Shown: positions 12,212-23,890, numbered from the whole stretch's first letter. The stretch: DNA of 63,676 nucleotides, filler included, from Licmophora abbreviata (GCA_900291995.1; 9 parts of 9 records of this genome joined end to end with filler, not necessarily neighbours in it), one strand, 5' to 3'. Numbers and translations: made by a program. The notes: a model not told the origin generated them from the sequence alone.

Positions 12212-13678
12212 ATGCAACCGGAGAGCCTGTGCTTGTATCCCGCCAAGAAACGTCCCCGACTTGATAATCGCGTGAGTTCCGAATCACTTCAGCTCTGCGA
12301 GGTGGGACGGTGGACTACATCGAGGTCCCCATGCCAGCAGCACCCTCGCTCATCTTGGTTCGACCGAGACGTCTGGCTTTTATGCGCCAGACAACCTGAT
12401 GCTTTTGATACAGCAACAGACGACGAACTCTCTAATTGCGTGTCACCAATTGCACAACGGATTGAATGCTTGCATCGTCAGCTTTGCCAACTCAAAAGAC
12501 GACTTGGACCCGCAGCAGAGAAGGCTGCTTCGGGACACGAAAGCTCACCTACTCACCACGACAATGAAATGCACGATTCGAATGACGACAACTCTGTGGG
12601 TGGTTTCTCAACACCGAGTCTAGAATTCGAACGAGCTCGTCGACTTTGCAATCCCTACGAAGTATTAGGAGAAGGGCGACAAGGGGGTCTGAACGACTTG
12701 TTCATGAATCGATCGGCAGTCAAACTCGCCAATATCGATTCAATGATTGGAATGTCATTGACACATCATGACACTGTCGGGGCTTTCTGTTTTGTCGATC
12801 TGTGTGGAGCGCCTGGGGGTTTTAGTGAGTATATAATGTACCGATGTCACCGAAAGGGAATGCAAGCATGTCGAGGTTACGGCATGTCGCTTCAAGGACA
12901 CAATGAACATGGCCGAGGAGTTGACTGGAATCTCGACCACATGGCATGGTTCCAAGGCGGTTCGTGCACTCACCATCGTGTATGCAGTGGGGAAGATGGA
13001 ACTGGGGATATTTATAATTGGGATAATGTTCGACAACTCTACCAAGACGTTGCTTACGACACGGCGAATCTCTTCGACGACTCGGACGACGAGCTTGGAA
13101 AGGTGCACCTCGTCCTCGCCGACGGAGGCTTTGATGCGCAACGCGACAGCGAATGTCAAGAAGCGTTGGCTCAGAAGCTTGTCATCTGTCAAGCAGCTGC
13201 CGCTGTTACCCTTCTGCGGCGTGGAGGAACCCTTGTGATCAAGATGTTTGGCTTTCAGACGTTACCAATTCGGTCGCTTATGAAAATGTTGTCCCGTTTG
13301 TTTGTCAGCATGGTTGTACTCAAGCCAATTTCCTCTCGCCCAGCGTCTGCGGAGCGCTATGTAGTATTTGCTGGTTTTGAAGGTGTGCGGGTAGACTTTG
13401 ACGGTTTGAGATGGAGAAACAGTGCCTTTCTCGGTGATGCGCATGTCTCGACCGGCGCTCCAACGACCACAGCGGACGAGCGGCGTCTACTGACATATCT
13501 CGACCGACTGGACCGGGATTTGCTGGAGTTGAATGCAAAAGCGTGCTTTGATATCTTGACTGCTCTTAAACAGAAAAGTGGAGAAGGGATTGCTAGCTCG
13601 GAAGCCGATCGTGATGACAACCGCTGTACACACACCATTGATATCAACGCCTTTCGGAGAGAGTGGTCGCTCAGTTAA
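12212..13678 (+). CDS. FtsJ/RrmJ-family cap-specific mRNA 2'-O-methyltransferase (CMTR-like)
   Basis: NPYE...FMNRSAVKLANID, FVDLCGAPGGFSEY, LVLADGGFD, VIKMF and KPISSRPASAERYVV, giving the K-D-K-E tetrad. Confidence 0.88.
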   Translation: MQPESLCLYPAKKRPRLDNRVSSESLQLCEVGRWTTSRSPCQQHPRSSWFDRDVWLLCARQPDAFDTATDDELSNCVSPIAQRIECLHRQLCQLKRRLGPAAEKAASGHESSPTHHDNEMHDSNDDNSVGGFSTPSLEFERARRLCNPYEVLGEGRQGGLNDLFMNRSAVKLANIDSMIGMSLTHHDTVGAFCFVDLCGAPGGFSEYIMYRCHRKGMQACRGYGMSLQGHNEHGRGVDWNLDHMAWFQGGSCTHHRVCSGEDGTGDIYNWDNVRQLYQDVAYDTANLFDDSDDELGKVHLVLADGGFDAQRDSECQEALAQKLVICQAAAAVTLLRRGGTLVIKMFGFQTLPIRSLMKMLSRLFVSMVVLKPISSRPASAERYVVFAGFEGVRVDFDGLRWRNSAFLGDAHVSTGAPTTTADERRLLTYLDRLDRDLLELNAKACFDILTALKQKSGEGIASSEADRDDNRCTHTIDINAFRREWSLS

Positions 13679-13772
13679 TCTGGAGGCGCAGCACACAACG
13701 ACTTCACACAAGGTCTAATAGTAATCGATGTCCTTCGCATAGTGTTATATATGGAGCATTAGTTCACAAAAG

Positions 13773-15125
13773 TCACGCCTCAGTCCCCTCAAGCTCGCCT
13801 AGGCGTCGGTCTTCGATGTCACGGTCAGCGGAATTCTTCAAGAGTTGCTGAGTCGTCTTGAATAAAAGTAAACAGAAACCATCCATGTTGAGATGATTCG
13901 GGCAATCTCTTCGGAAAGGAGACTCCACTTCCTGTGCAGCACCTTCTATTCCAAGCAATGCGAAAGAGGTAACGGCCATGACTGGAATAGTGGCCCACCC
14001 GAACTCCGTCTGCCATACATATGGGAGTACCAAGAGAAAGAGGAGAAGAAAGGTTCTTAAGTGTGAAACGTAGACAATCGGAAGTGGAGTGCCCCTGATT
14101 CGCTCCATCGTCCCCTGTTGACCAATCATTTGATTCAAAGTGCTCTCAAGGAGCGACATCTGTTGCGACCAAGCAACGGCAAGGCCTGCAGGTGTCTCCG
14201 AGGTGACCGGGAAGATTCTTTTTAGCATGGCACGCAGATTGCCACACGCAAAAAGTGGTGGGTGATCTGAGGCTTCAAGACGTTGTACATCCCATGGTTC
14301 CAGGACGCCAGCCAGCAAGTCAGAAGATATGGGTTCGTTCCGTATATATTGCATGGATGCAATCGCGAATGCGAGAGCCCACCTGATAGCATCGTCTCTG
14401 CATGTAGGTTCATGCATACCGTGTACAAGTATGCCATCTACAAGTTGACGTTCGCAGCTTACTACAAAGCCCCAACTCTCCCGCGCAAGCCAAAATCGCT
14501 CTGCAGCTCGATTCAAGCGAAAGACCAACAGAAAAGCAAGGGAGGCATTGAGTATGATACCGATGAAGAAGCTCCACGAGTCAACATCAGCGTCTTTGTA
14601 GCCTGCGTCACCTAAGGTCTCTCCACAGAGAGTCCAAATTGTGGCGTTGAGCACACACAAGCACCAAGGGAGCAAAATGTTGCGCAGACCTCGCGACTCA
14701 ACGACCAGGAGTGTTCTAAGCCACCCGTCGTTGCTCTGCGGGTATGCCATTTGCTTGTAGCCATCCGCTACTAGTTTGTTCGCTCTGTGCGAAAGCAAGG
14801 TTTGAAATTAGTTCAATTCTAGACATTGTAGGACATAGGCCGTTCTCTTTCTCTCTTTCTCGCACCTGATGGCCTCTCCGGCAACCATCGACTGCAGCAA
14901 CGGGTAGTCAGCATACTTTTCGACTTCTGCAGCTAGACGTGGAGATATCTTTTCGCTTTGAATACGCAAGGAGACGTTTGACAATACGTCCGTCTTCCTT
15001 TCTTCATGTGTACATACGGAGTTGCTGACGGCGTTGTTCTCTCCAGGCGGCAGCAGCGAGGGGGCATGCGTCTCCATCATCGTGTGATCCATCATCGTGT
15101 GTGTCGATGAGGTTTGCTCTCGCAT
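13773..15125 (-). CDS. Bestrophin-like (UPF0187) anion channel; intron 14785-14865
   Basis: LAFLLVFRLNRAAERFWLAR, MERIRGTPLPIVYVSHL and GIEGAAQEVESPF...NHL. The upstream exon joins in frame (AIR|ANKL). Confidence 0.88.
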
Positions 15126-15338
15126 CACGTTTCGAGTTTCAAATTGTGCCGCGCGCGCAACAATTCGCGAAAATCCCGAGGCTGATAACTGTGTGTGCGC
15201 CCGTTAGGCTGTGCATTTCAATTCGTGTTTTCGTGTCATCCAACACATGGTTCCAAAGATCTTGCACCGTCTGAAAGATCCGCTTCAACTTCATGACAGA
15301 ACACGCACGCCTGTTTGGTACACAACCCTTTGTTGACC

Positions 15339-16073
15339 ATGAAGATCTTCGCTCTTGCCGCCGTTACCTTGTTGGCCAGTTCGGTCACGGCCTTTGCGCC
15401 CGCCTCGACGATCCAGTCGTCAAAGACTGCCTTGAATGGGGCCATGCCAGACCGATTGTGGGACAGCATGGTCGACAAGACCCAGCGTTCCGCATCGGTG
15501 CCTTTCTTGCCCCGTGCTGTCAATCTTGACGGAACCGTTCCAGGAGACTACGGATTTGATCCATTCTATCTGTCCTCTATCCCCAAGGATTTCTCGGGAT
15601 TCATTCAGCCTCCTAGCTGGGAAGAGAAGGAAGCTAGCCTTCCTACGTTGTACTGGATGAGGGAGTCCGAAATCAAGCACGGTCGCGTTGCGATGCTTGC
15701 CGTTGTTGGCTGGATCGCCGCTGACAATGGTTTCCGGTTCCCGCTTAGTATCTTTTCCGCTGAAAACGTCCCTTCTTCCTACAATGCCCACGACATTCTT
15801 GTCGGTAATGGAATCATGGGATTCATGCTCCTCGCAGTTGGCTTTGTTGAGTTCTGCACCGGTGCTTCTCTTGTTCAGGTGTCCAAGGGAGAGATCGAGC
15901 GTGAGCCTGGTGACTTCATGCTTGGAACGCAGGCCATGGGCAAAACTCCGGAAGCTATTTTCAACATGAAGACGAAGGAAATCAACAATGGTCGTCTTGC
16001 TATGCTGGCATTCGGTGGCATCTCTACCCAAACTGCTTTGGGCGATGCGTACCATGGTTTCCCGTACTTCTAA
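15339..16073 (+). CDS. Light-harvesting fucoxanthin-chlorophyll a/c protein, Lhcr-type
   Basis: Signal peptide VTA-FAP, SVPFLP...LDGTVPGDYGFDP, helix 1 ESEIKHGRVAMLA and helix 3 KEINNGRLAMLA. Confidence 0.93.
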   Translation: MKIFALAAVTLLASSVTAFAPASTIQSSKTALNGAMPDRLWDSMVDKTQRSASVPFLPRAVNLDGTVPGDYGFDPFYLSSIPKDFSGFIQPPSWEEKEASLPTLYWMRESEIKHGRVAMLAVVGWIAADNGFRFPLSIFSAENVPSSYNAHDILVGNGIMGFMLLAVGFVEFCTGASLVQVSKGEIEREPGDFMLGTQAMGKTPEAIFNMKTKEINNGRLAMLAFGGISTQTALGDAYHGFPYF

Positions 16074-16557
16074 GTGAAGGAGGGGGTATGCTTAGCACAA
16101 TTGTACTAATTGACCTCTCGGTCCGTAAGAACTATCGTTACGATCGATCTGCACACCTAGGTGGAGCTTGCTAGTGGTCAATCGCTCTACTCTCGTTTGT
16201 AGAACAAGATTAGTTCGGGTTCTTTTAGAGTTCTTCCGAGATTGTAATCGGTTAGATCTCACCTTCAAATGCACTCTAGGCTCTGTCTGAGGACAAGCGC
16301 CGTGTTCAATCGAAGGGTATGACCCTGACCTGCTACTACCAGGTAGAAACCTGAGGCTGCGGGCTTCGCTTGAGATGAGCGATGAATAATCGATCGCGCG
16401 AGCTGTGCCTGTGTCTTCTGAAGTCGAGCGAACGTCAAGAGACCCGGAAGTTGAAAGAAAAGATTGAAAGATACCCGTAGAAACTATACCGAAGGTGCCG
16501 TAGGCAACATCAACACGCACGAAGCCTCACTTTGAGAAGATCTGAGAGCCATCCACC

Positions 16558-17180
16558 ATGAAGACCTTTCAGCTTGTTACCCTCTTTGCCCTTGTCGCTA
16601 CCGCCATGGCCTTTGTGCCAAACCAAGCCCCACAGGGTGAGTAAGATCGAGAACACGATTGAAGTTTGGGCAGGGGAAACGACATAATCGAGGACCCTTA
16701 GCACGCCGCTGTGGATGCGCGAGCTATACGCGGTACGGGCGTGTTTGACGCCTCCCATTTGACGAGGTGACATGTGACTCTGCCACGTTTAGACGTGGCT
16801 CACCGGAGCTTGATATCCCGGCGAATGACTGTCTGCAGGGAATTGGCATGATACGCATAGACTTCACATTGTTTCTTGTGAAATCTCACGTTCCCGATTG
16901 CTTGTTTATTGCTGTCCGTCGTCTTTGCGTAGTTGCTGGAAATGTCCTGAAGAAGGCTGGTGTCGCGGCTCTCCCTGTCGCCACCTTCGCAGCCCCCGCG
17001 TTCGCTCTTGATTCTATCGTCGAGGCTCTACCCACCAGCACTGTTGCTCTTGAGGTCCAGTTCGGTGCTTATCTTGCCGTTCTATTGGGAACCTTCCTGC
17101 CGGTGCTGTTCCTCATCAACTTGTTCATCCAGACCGAGTCCCGTAAGGCCGGACGAGAGGGCGGACAGGATGCTGAGTAA
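16558..17180 (+). CDS. psbM: Nuclear-encoded photosystem II subunit M precursor; intron 16637-16932
   Basis: Exon 1 is MKTFQLVTLFALVATAMA-FVPNQAPQ (signal plus ASAF motif, missed by the ORF track). Exon 2 has a thylakoid-type hydrophobic signal ending AAPAFA, then LEVQFGAYLAVLLGTFLPVLFLINLFIQT, which matches the PsbM pattern MEVxxxxxxAxxLxxxxPxxFLxxxYxxT. Confidence 0.82.
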
Positions 17181-17290
17181 CTTGATCGTCTTTGACTCTA
17201 GAATGCGGTGTGCGAGGGTATGAGGTCCACATGATGGATGTAGGCGTCGCCGCTTTGGTGTGGACTGGTTCGTCTCGATGCGGAATGGAA

Positions 17291-17329
17291 AAGAAGAATG
17301 TATGCATATAAAGAAGAATGTATGCATAT
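17291..17329. repeat. Tandem 20-nt duplication AAGAAGAATGTATGCATAT(A) x2 downstream of psbM
   Basis: Seen directly at 17291-17309 and 17311-17329. Confidence 0.85.
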
Positions 17330-17689
17330 TCTTTAACTAGCATTTAGCGAGTTAGATTGCCACAAGAGGCGTGTTGCGTCATATGTAGCTCGGTTCCTCG
17401 TTTACTGAAGTGGTTCTACGGCGATCGTTTGCTCAACCAAGGAGCTGGCTCTACCAGTGCGTCTCGATTCGATAGCTAGTACTTCATACTTGTTACCATC
17501 AGTGTAGACAAGTCTCGTACAGTACAGTCTTGAAAAAGGTTACGGGACGCTCACCTCACGGTGCTATGAAGCACTTCAAAAAATTACGCGCTCTTGGTTG
17601 TTAGCTTCAGCTACTGCAGGGATTATACATGCCATCAGCTATCGGAAACAGATAATTGCGGCACGCGACCATCTGGTCTACGCCTCAAC

Positions 17690-20025
17690 TTAACTTCGTC
17701 CAACTCCCTTCCTTCGCTTTCCCGTCTTGGACTTGGTACTCTTTCGGACAGCGCGCCCACCTGTGTATCTGGCAGTTACATCCCAGACGTCGAGTGGCAT
17801 CAATGGCGGTCGAACAGAAACGCCAATTCCTTTTGGGACACTGATCTTGACCTGAGCAGTCCCAGCGCCTGTAACGCTGACCCATCCCAGTCCTCGCAGT
17901 GTGATGTCTGCAGCGGCCTCCTTCCAGCCGGATCCTTCAATATCGATTTCATGGCTTTCGAACTCCCCAATCTCAGCCATTCGTTCCGCCCCCGAATCAA
18001 GCGGGGGCGTCAACATGGTCCCGGCATGCTTGGAGATGAACTCGTCTGCCCTCGCGACATCTGTCGGGTGCAGTTTGATATCGTTGGCTACAAAGAAAGT
18101 AAACAGAAAAGGTTTGCTGTCTCCGATCACTTCTATTCTAGCCAGTCCGCCGACTAACACACATTTTCCGGAAGCCACGCGGAAAGTGATAGGCTCGACC
18201 TGCCTGCGAGTCAATAACGGTTACGGGTGCGATGGTTGTGAGCGTCATCACGTACGACACGTATACGTACACACCACAACGAAATGAAGGCGACTTACTT
18301 CTTCGGAACAACGATCTTCAACTCTTCTGGGGTCAGAAGTTGAGTAAGAGTACCTGGCACGAGTAGCCCTGGGGTGTCGTAGAGTTTTCGACCCTTGCCA
18401 AGATCAACCTCAATAAACTTTAGGGTAGTACCTGGCAGAGGGCTGACAGTAACTGCTCCTTTGCGTTGATTTGCATTTCCAGCTCGGACTTTACCACGTT
18501 TCCTACGAGCGTCGTTCTTGTCGAGTATTTGGTTGATCAGACTGGACTTTCCAGCATTAGCACTTCCGATGACATACACATCACAATCCATGTCGTCGGC
18601 AAGTGTCCGTGCCTTGTCGAGCATTCCTGAGATGCCGAATCCAGTTTTACAGCTTACCAACCGCACGGCGCCACCAACATTGGCCAACGATTGGATGCCA
18701 ATGTATTCGAGCTCCCGTCGCACCCAGTTTTCCGCTCTTGCTTGGCCCATCTGAGAGGGCAGTAAATCTGCCTTGTTCGCCGCGAGAATGACGGGGTTGT
18801 CACCCGCGATCGCATCAAGTTCTGGAAGCACCGAACCACTAAAGTCAAACAGATCAACAAGAGCTATGATGACGGCTGGCTTCTCCCGAATAGGTCTCAG
18901 TAGATCACGAAATTTTTCTTGTGACAGCGCAGGCTCCTTCGTCCAGCCTGGACGAAGAGCAGCATCTACCTTGCCAAAGTTTTGAAGGCCATGGCATCGC
19001 CTGCAAATTACTTTCTTCTTTGACAGGCTCAATAGATCGAGACCCATATCCTCAGCCATACTGTCAATGTCAACCTTGGAAGACTGAATAGCAGCCTCGT
19101 CAGCTCCTCCGCCGCTCGTCTGAATAAGCCAGTCAATTTCGTCGTCCGTGGACCACTCTCGTGATCCGGCTTTTTCTTGTAAGCGCTGCATCTCTTCGAT
19201 CTTACTCAACTTGACCTGGATGTCCAGCTTCTCCGGAGGGAGATATCCCGGCCGTAGCTCGTCGTTACTCTGAAAGGCTACTCCGCATGCAGAGCACTCC
19301 ATTGCATTAGTGACGAGTGTGAACAGATCTTTCCTAGGCGTCTCGTCGCCTCCGAACGGGTTCGCCTCTCTCTTGAATCCGAGTCGCTTGAGATCAGCTG
19401 GCGAAACAGCCTGAGCAAACTCATCCAGCTCATCGGAAACCGTTACACGGCCGAGATCCATGTCTCGCTGGGCAGCTTTAATGCGCGCCTCCATACCCGC
19501 ATCGTCAGTGATATCCGTTTTGCTCGTGGGCTGTTGCTTTCCACTTACAAAATCATTCACGTCAAAGCCGTCGGGATCGAGAGCATCTAGTTCGTCTTCG
19601 GCGTCTTCTTCAAAATCGACAAAGTCGTCTTCAAAGGTGGAATCGTCCGCGAAATGGGCAAACTGTTCATCGAAACCTTCCTTTCGAGCTAATTCATCAA
19701 ATGCCGCTGCAAGCTTGTCAGAGGCTTCGGCATGATTGATATTCGGATTGACAGAAAACTTCTTGCTATTCCTTCTAGGCTTTCTTGCGGAATTGTCGGC
19801 GCCATCCTGATTGGACGAAGCGTCTGAAGAAAGCAAAGCTACTCTGCGGTCCGATAGCGTGCTCGGTACATAACGACTCTCGATCCAGTGTCTATGATTT
19901 GAATTGCACAGTGCAGATCGATCATGTCGTCGAACAATCGCTCTGCTCGAAAAGGCCGTGACGGCAGTAGGTTGCCGTAGTATTGTCCCTCTGGACAAAG
20001 TAGCCACAACGACCTGTATCATCAT
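17690..20025 (-). CDS. YqeH/NOA1/BPG2-family circularly permuted GTPase (organellar ribosome biogenesis); intron 18204-18298; start codon uncertain
   Basis: CSACG...CRRCH zinc finger, LVDLFDF, G4 NKADLL, G5 VSCK, G1 GSANAGKSS, G2 PGTT, G3 DTPG and C-terminal DITLRGLGWV. Confidence 0.88.
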
Positions 20026-20628
20026 ACAATGCAATGTTGACAGGGATAGCAAATTATTCCTTCTTCTTGGCCTTCGAATTGCTGCTCTCGATCGAAACGC
20101 CACAGCTCTGCTGCTGCTGCCAATACACTTATTGCTATGTTGACTGAACCGATCGAGAGGCATTATCTGTGAAGTGGCAAAGTTCGACCAGCCAAGGTTC
20201 AAAGTCTGTAGCCTTTCGAGCAACTACAATGGGCAGAGTTGACGGTCCCGTCCAGCAGCTAGACTACACTCTCGCTTGAAATGCAAGGACTTGTTCTGTT
20301 TCACTTTCACAGCACGCGAGATCGGTGTGTGATGATGTGTGATGGTTGCAATGATGTTTTGGTCTCTCACATCACGATTTTTTGTATGGCGGGCAGGGCC
20401 TCACAGCTCATCCGTGGTACGTCTACGCGGGGTTCGCCTGACCAGAACTCTACGAATGGATATAACCCGGAGAGTGGTATCTGATGCCAATAACGCGATC
20501 GAGTTGAGAGAGATTGAAGATGTGATGGCGTTCCCCTACATCATCCACCGTGACACCATGATAGCGGTGGTGGCAACATCACTTTCCCGACGTTGTTGAG
20601 ATCTCTAGCCGAAGATAGAACTATCACT

Positions 20629-21942
20629 ATGTCAACTGGACTCGGTTTTTGTCACTGTGCGCTTGCCACGGGCGCCCTTGTTGTGACTGCGGATGTGAGC
20701 GGTGATGATGCTAAAATCGGCTGCGACAGTCCTGCTGCCGCCTCTGCGAAAGAGTCCGTGGCGACCACGCAACTCTTGCTGTCAACTAGCAGTGGAACTC
20801 CTTCCGGTATCTCTAGCGGACAAACTTTCGACAATGTTGACAGGTTCGGAGGAGATGTCGACATGCACTTCGACGTTTCTGGGGATGGCGGCACGATTGA
20901 CCTTGGAGGAGGGGGCCGTTGCGGCGGGGATAACTTTCTCGCTTCGCTCGACTCTACCTTGGCCATTGGAAACACGACGGACATTGACATGCTGACCGAC
21001 GAGGACTTTGAAGCGATCTTTGATGCCAACATGGGTGGCGTCGACCTTGCCACGATTGTTCTTCCGACCGACTCTCAACCCCCACCGAGCGACAGCACTT
21101 CCATGCTCATCTCCAGCACTACGACAGGCATCGGCGGCATTCAGAACGGACATTCCGGATGCAATATGAATGCCGTCCCACCAAAGTCGCCTGGATCTGA
21201 CCTTTCTCGATTCGCTTGTCGCAAAATCAAGGGCCGCGTCCCACAAGACGGTGCTATCGCGACGACGGCCAATACTTCGTCTATGCGTGCGACCGTCACT
21301 GAATCAACAATGGTTCGCCAGAGTATTGCAGCCAGTCGCATCTCTCTTTCGGCGAACTCCTTGTACCCCAAGGTTGAAAATTGCTCTCCATCCCTACAGG
21401 CGGTCTCTGTCCTCGTTGCGAGTACTACACCTACAGATGACACCCTTCGTCCGTCGGGAGGAAGTGGCGGGATTCCACTACGTGTAGCCAACGATATCTC
21501 CAACAGCCCTCATATCACTCCCGATATGCGATGTATCACTTCGCCCAGTAGTCTTCGTCCCTGTCCTGCTCATGTCAAGTCAAGTCTCGCAGCATTCAAG
21601 GTCGTTCGTCCTTCGGGCGGCGAGGTCGACATTGTCCGACCTACTATCGCCACCCATGATGATTCCTCCTACAAGGACAATGTGCCCCCCGATAGTGTTG
21701 ACGAGCATCTCGACGAGAAAGATTTCAAAGAGATCATTTCGCAATTTCGCGGTGACTTGTGTCACAGCTCGTATTCCTTGGAGAGTTCTAGCGTCGCGCT
21801 CCTCGACGGTGAGGTTGACTTGTCCAAGACACTCTCTCAACAAGCGCTGTCATATGAAGGCGACTTCATGGATCTGGAAGGCTACACAGAAGGCTTGGAT
21901 ATGCTCGTCGACGATATTCTTCAGGGTATCATTATCATGTGA
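20629..21942 (+). CDS. Hypothetical Ser/Thr/Asp-rich, probably disordered protein
   Basis: About 440-codon uninterrupted ORF with no recognisable domain. Confidence 0.45.
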   Translation: MSTGLGFCHCALATGALVVTADVSGDDAKIGCDSPAAASAKESVATTQLLLSTSSGTPSGISSGQTFDNVDRFGGDVDMHFDVSGDGGTIDLGGGGRCGGDNFLASLDSTLAIGNTTDIDMLTDEDFEAIFDANMGGVDLATIVLPTDSQPPPSDSTSMLISSTTTGIGGIQNGHSGCNMNAVPPKSPGSDLSRFACRKIKGRVPQDGAIATTANTSSMRATVTESTMVRQSIAASRISLSANSLYPKVENCSPSLQAVSVLVASTTPTDDTLRPSGGSGGIPLRVANDISNSPHITPDMRCITSPSSLRPCPAHVKSSLAAFKVVRPSGGEVDIVRPTIATHDDSSYKDNVPPDSVDEHLDEKDFKEIISQFRGDLCHSSYSLESSSVALLDGEVDLSKTLSQQALSYEGDFMDLEGYTEGLDMLVDDILQGIIIM

Positions 21943-22616
21943 GTCGTCGTCGTCGAGCCGAAAGTGTGATTTGAGCCCTCAATCTTGGCGATTGGCAGCG
22001 ATGAATCTTCTTTGTCGGGGAGCGGAAGGTAGTCTTCTCTCGCGATGAATTGTGTATACTCAAGTTTATTTCAACAAGGAATTCAATTTTCTTCCTAAAC
22101 TAAAAGCAAGCCACAATCCCCACTACTAGTACTGTGGACCAAAACTCTCCTGCTGATGGTTCGATCGAGCTTAGGATAACTGTGACGCAAGAAATTTAGA
22201 AGGATGAGTTACTGATGTTTCAATCAGACAATCGCTCCTTTTGGATTTTTACCGACCTCTGGTCTCAATATCGTCAAAAGATAGCAAGGAAAAGATTGTC
22301 TTCCAGCTAGCAGTAGCTATGACAAGCCCATGGCCGGTCGTCCATCGTCCTATCGCGAATACGACATATGTCATACTTTGTTTGGTTGGACTGACTCGAC
22401 TCAACTGTTAGACCTAGTTGGAATGAATCGAATGAATCGAATCGCGAAGGTATCTTTTTCGCTCGCGCGCAACTTGAACTTGATTTTGTCACCAAACGCC
22501 GACGTCGCACTATTGCTGTGTCCTCTTCTTCTTGTCTAGAAGCGGCAGAGAGAGTGGACTATCAGCAACATTGGAGGACTGGAATAGATTGGAACCTCAT
22601 AGCCAGCGACCTCATC

Positions 22617-23672
22617 ATGCGTCGGTCTTTTCTGGTTTTATTGGCTGCAGCATTCCAAGACGCAACTGCCTTCATCCCACTTATCGATGGTGGCAAGGAC
22701 ATGCCCGCTCTCTACAACGGTTGGTTCGATGACCAGATTGCGAAACAGGCGAGCACCGCAGTGTCAAAGGCAATTGGGGCTGGAAAGGTGCGTCTAGATG
22801 CTGTGGGGCTTACGTATTCCTTACCATACACTTGTGCTTGTCCACTTACTGTCGTTATTCTCGATACTCTACTATCAGAAAAAGATCGAAGTGAACTTTC
22901 CACCAGTTCCGAACGTAGAAGAGGTGAGTTTCTTGACGACACAGAGCCCGTGCTTGAACGACTTTTCTGTCGTATCAGACTCACCTGGTGCTCACTCTAT
23001 GGTGCTGGTACAATACTACGTGTACAGGTCAAGTTTGGGACTCCCTTGAATCAAAAGTTTGGGGTGAACGTCGCTCGCGACCTTCAGTTTGCTGGCGGCT
23101 ACAAACCTGGATCTGATATTTCTCGTAATCTCATCGCATATTCTAATGTGTATTGGGCAAAGAAATTGGCACGTGCTGTGGGCGGGAAAAAGGCCGTCTT
23201 ATCGGCCGAGCCCCTTCGCTTCTCTGACATCAAGAGTATGGGAGACCTGTCGCGGTCGGGAGGCGTCATGACTCCGGAAAGTCGAAGGCAGGGTCGAAAC
23301 GGCGAATGCGTTATTTGTCTCAATCCTGGCGGCGAAGAGACGTGGGATCGTCTCGTGAGTGCCCATGGATCGCCCAATGCTCCGTTTGTCGTCATGAACA
23401 ATGCGTACTCGACGTCTTACGATCTAGGTAACAAGAAGGGTTTCGAGGAGGCTTACTATCTCAAGAGAATTTCCAAGGGATGGGTGTTTCGAAGCTTTCC
23501 AGGACCGTGGCAGTCTTATATTGAAAAGCCCGACGGGACGGTCGAACTGTTGGAGACGTACAAGAGCAAACCTCTGTTGCGAGACGTCGCGAAGTTTGTG
23601 CGAGAGGAGTCCTTCAAGCGGTATGCCATCAACAACGACCGATGGACTCCAGGCTTCGGAGAGCGATTGTAA
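22617..23672 (+). CDS. Plastid-targeted DUF1995-like protein; introns 22788-22878 and 22924-23027
   Basis: Signal peptide ATA-FIP. Spliced QASTAVSKAIGAGK|KKIEVNFPP and C-terminal EAYYLKRISKGWVFRSFPGPWQ...KP fit the DUF1995 pattern. Confidence 0.7.
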   Translation: MRRSFLVLLAAAFQDATAFIPLIDGGKDMPALYNGWFDDQIAKQASTAVSKAIGAGKVRLDAVGLTYSLPYTCACPLTVVILDTLLSEKDRSELSTSSERRRGEFLDDTEPVLERLFCRIRLTWCSLYGAGTILRVQVKFGTPLNQKFGVNVARDLQFAGGYKPGSDISRNLIAYSNVYWAKKLARAVGGKKAVLSAEPLRFSDIKSMGDLSRSGGVMTPESRRQGRNGECVICLNPGGEETWDRLVSAHGSPNAPFVVMNNAYSTSYDLGNKKGFEEAYYLKRISKGWVFRSFPGPWQSYIEKPDGTVELLETYKSKPLLRDVAKFVREESFKRYAINNDRWTPGFGERL

Positions 23673-23890
23673 TCTGATATAGCTTGTGACATTGAAGAGT
23701 AGTGCTGTCAGTTCATCGCTCAACTAGACACATCATGTCAGTCGGATACCAAGTACCAGTTACCGACTGCAGCAAACAACACGATCCAGAACGATATGGT
23801 AGATAGCGCAGTCAAATTATATCGTATTCTTTTGTTTTACAATCACTTTGTGGTCGGGGTGTGTGTATAGTTCGCCTCCAAAATGGATAG

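Noticed and set aside
15420..16055. Long antisense ORFs (e.g. 15420-16055, 35804-36574, 38520-39212, 47448-48050)
   Set aside because: They are shadows of well-supported genes on the opposite strand and show no motifs of their own.
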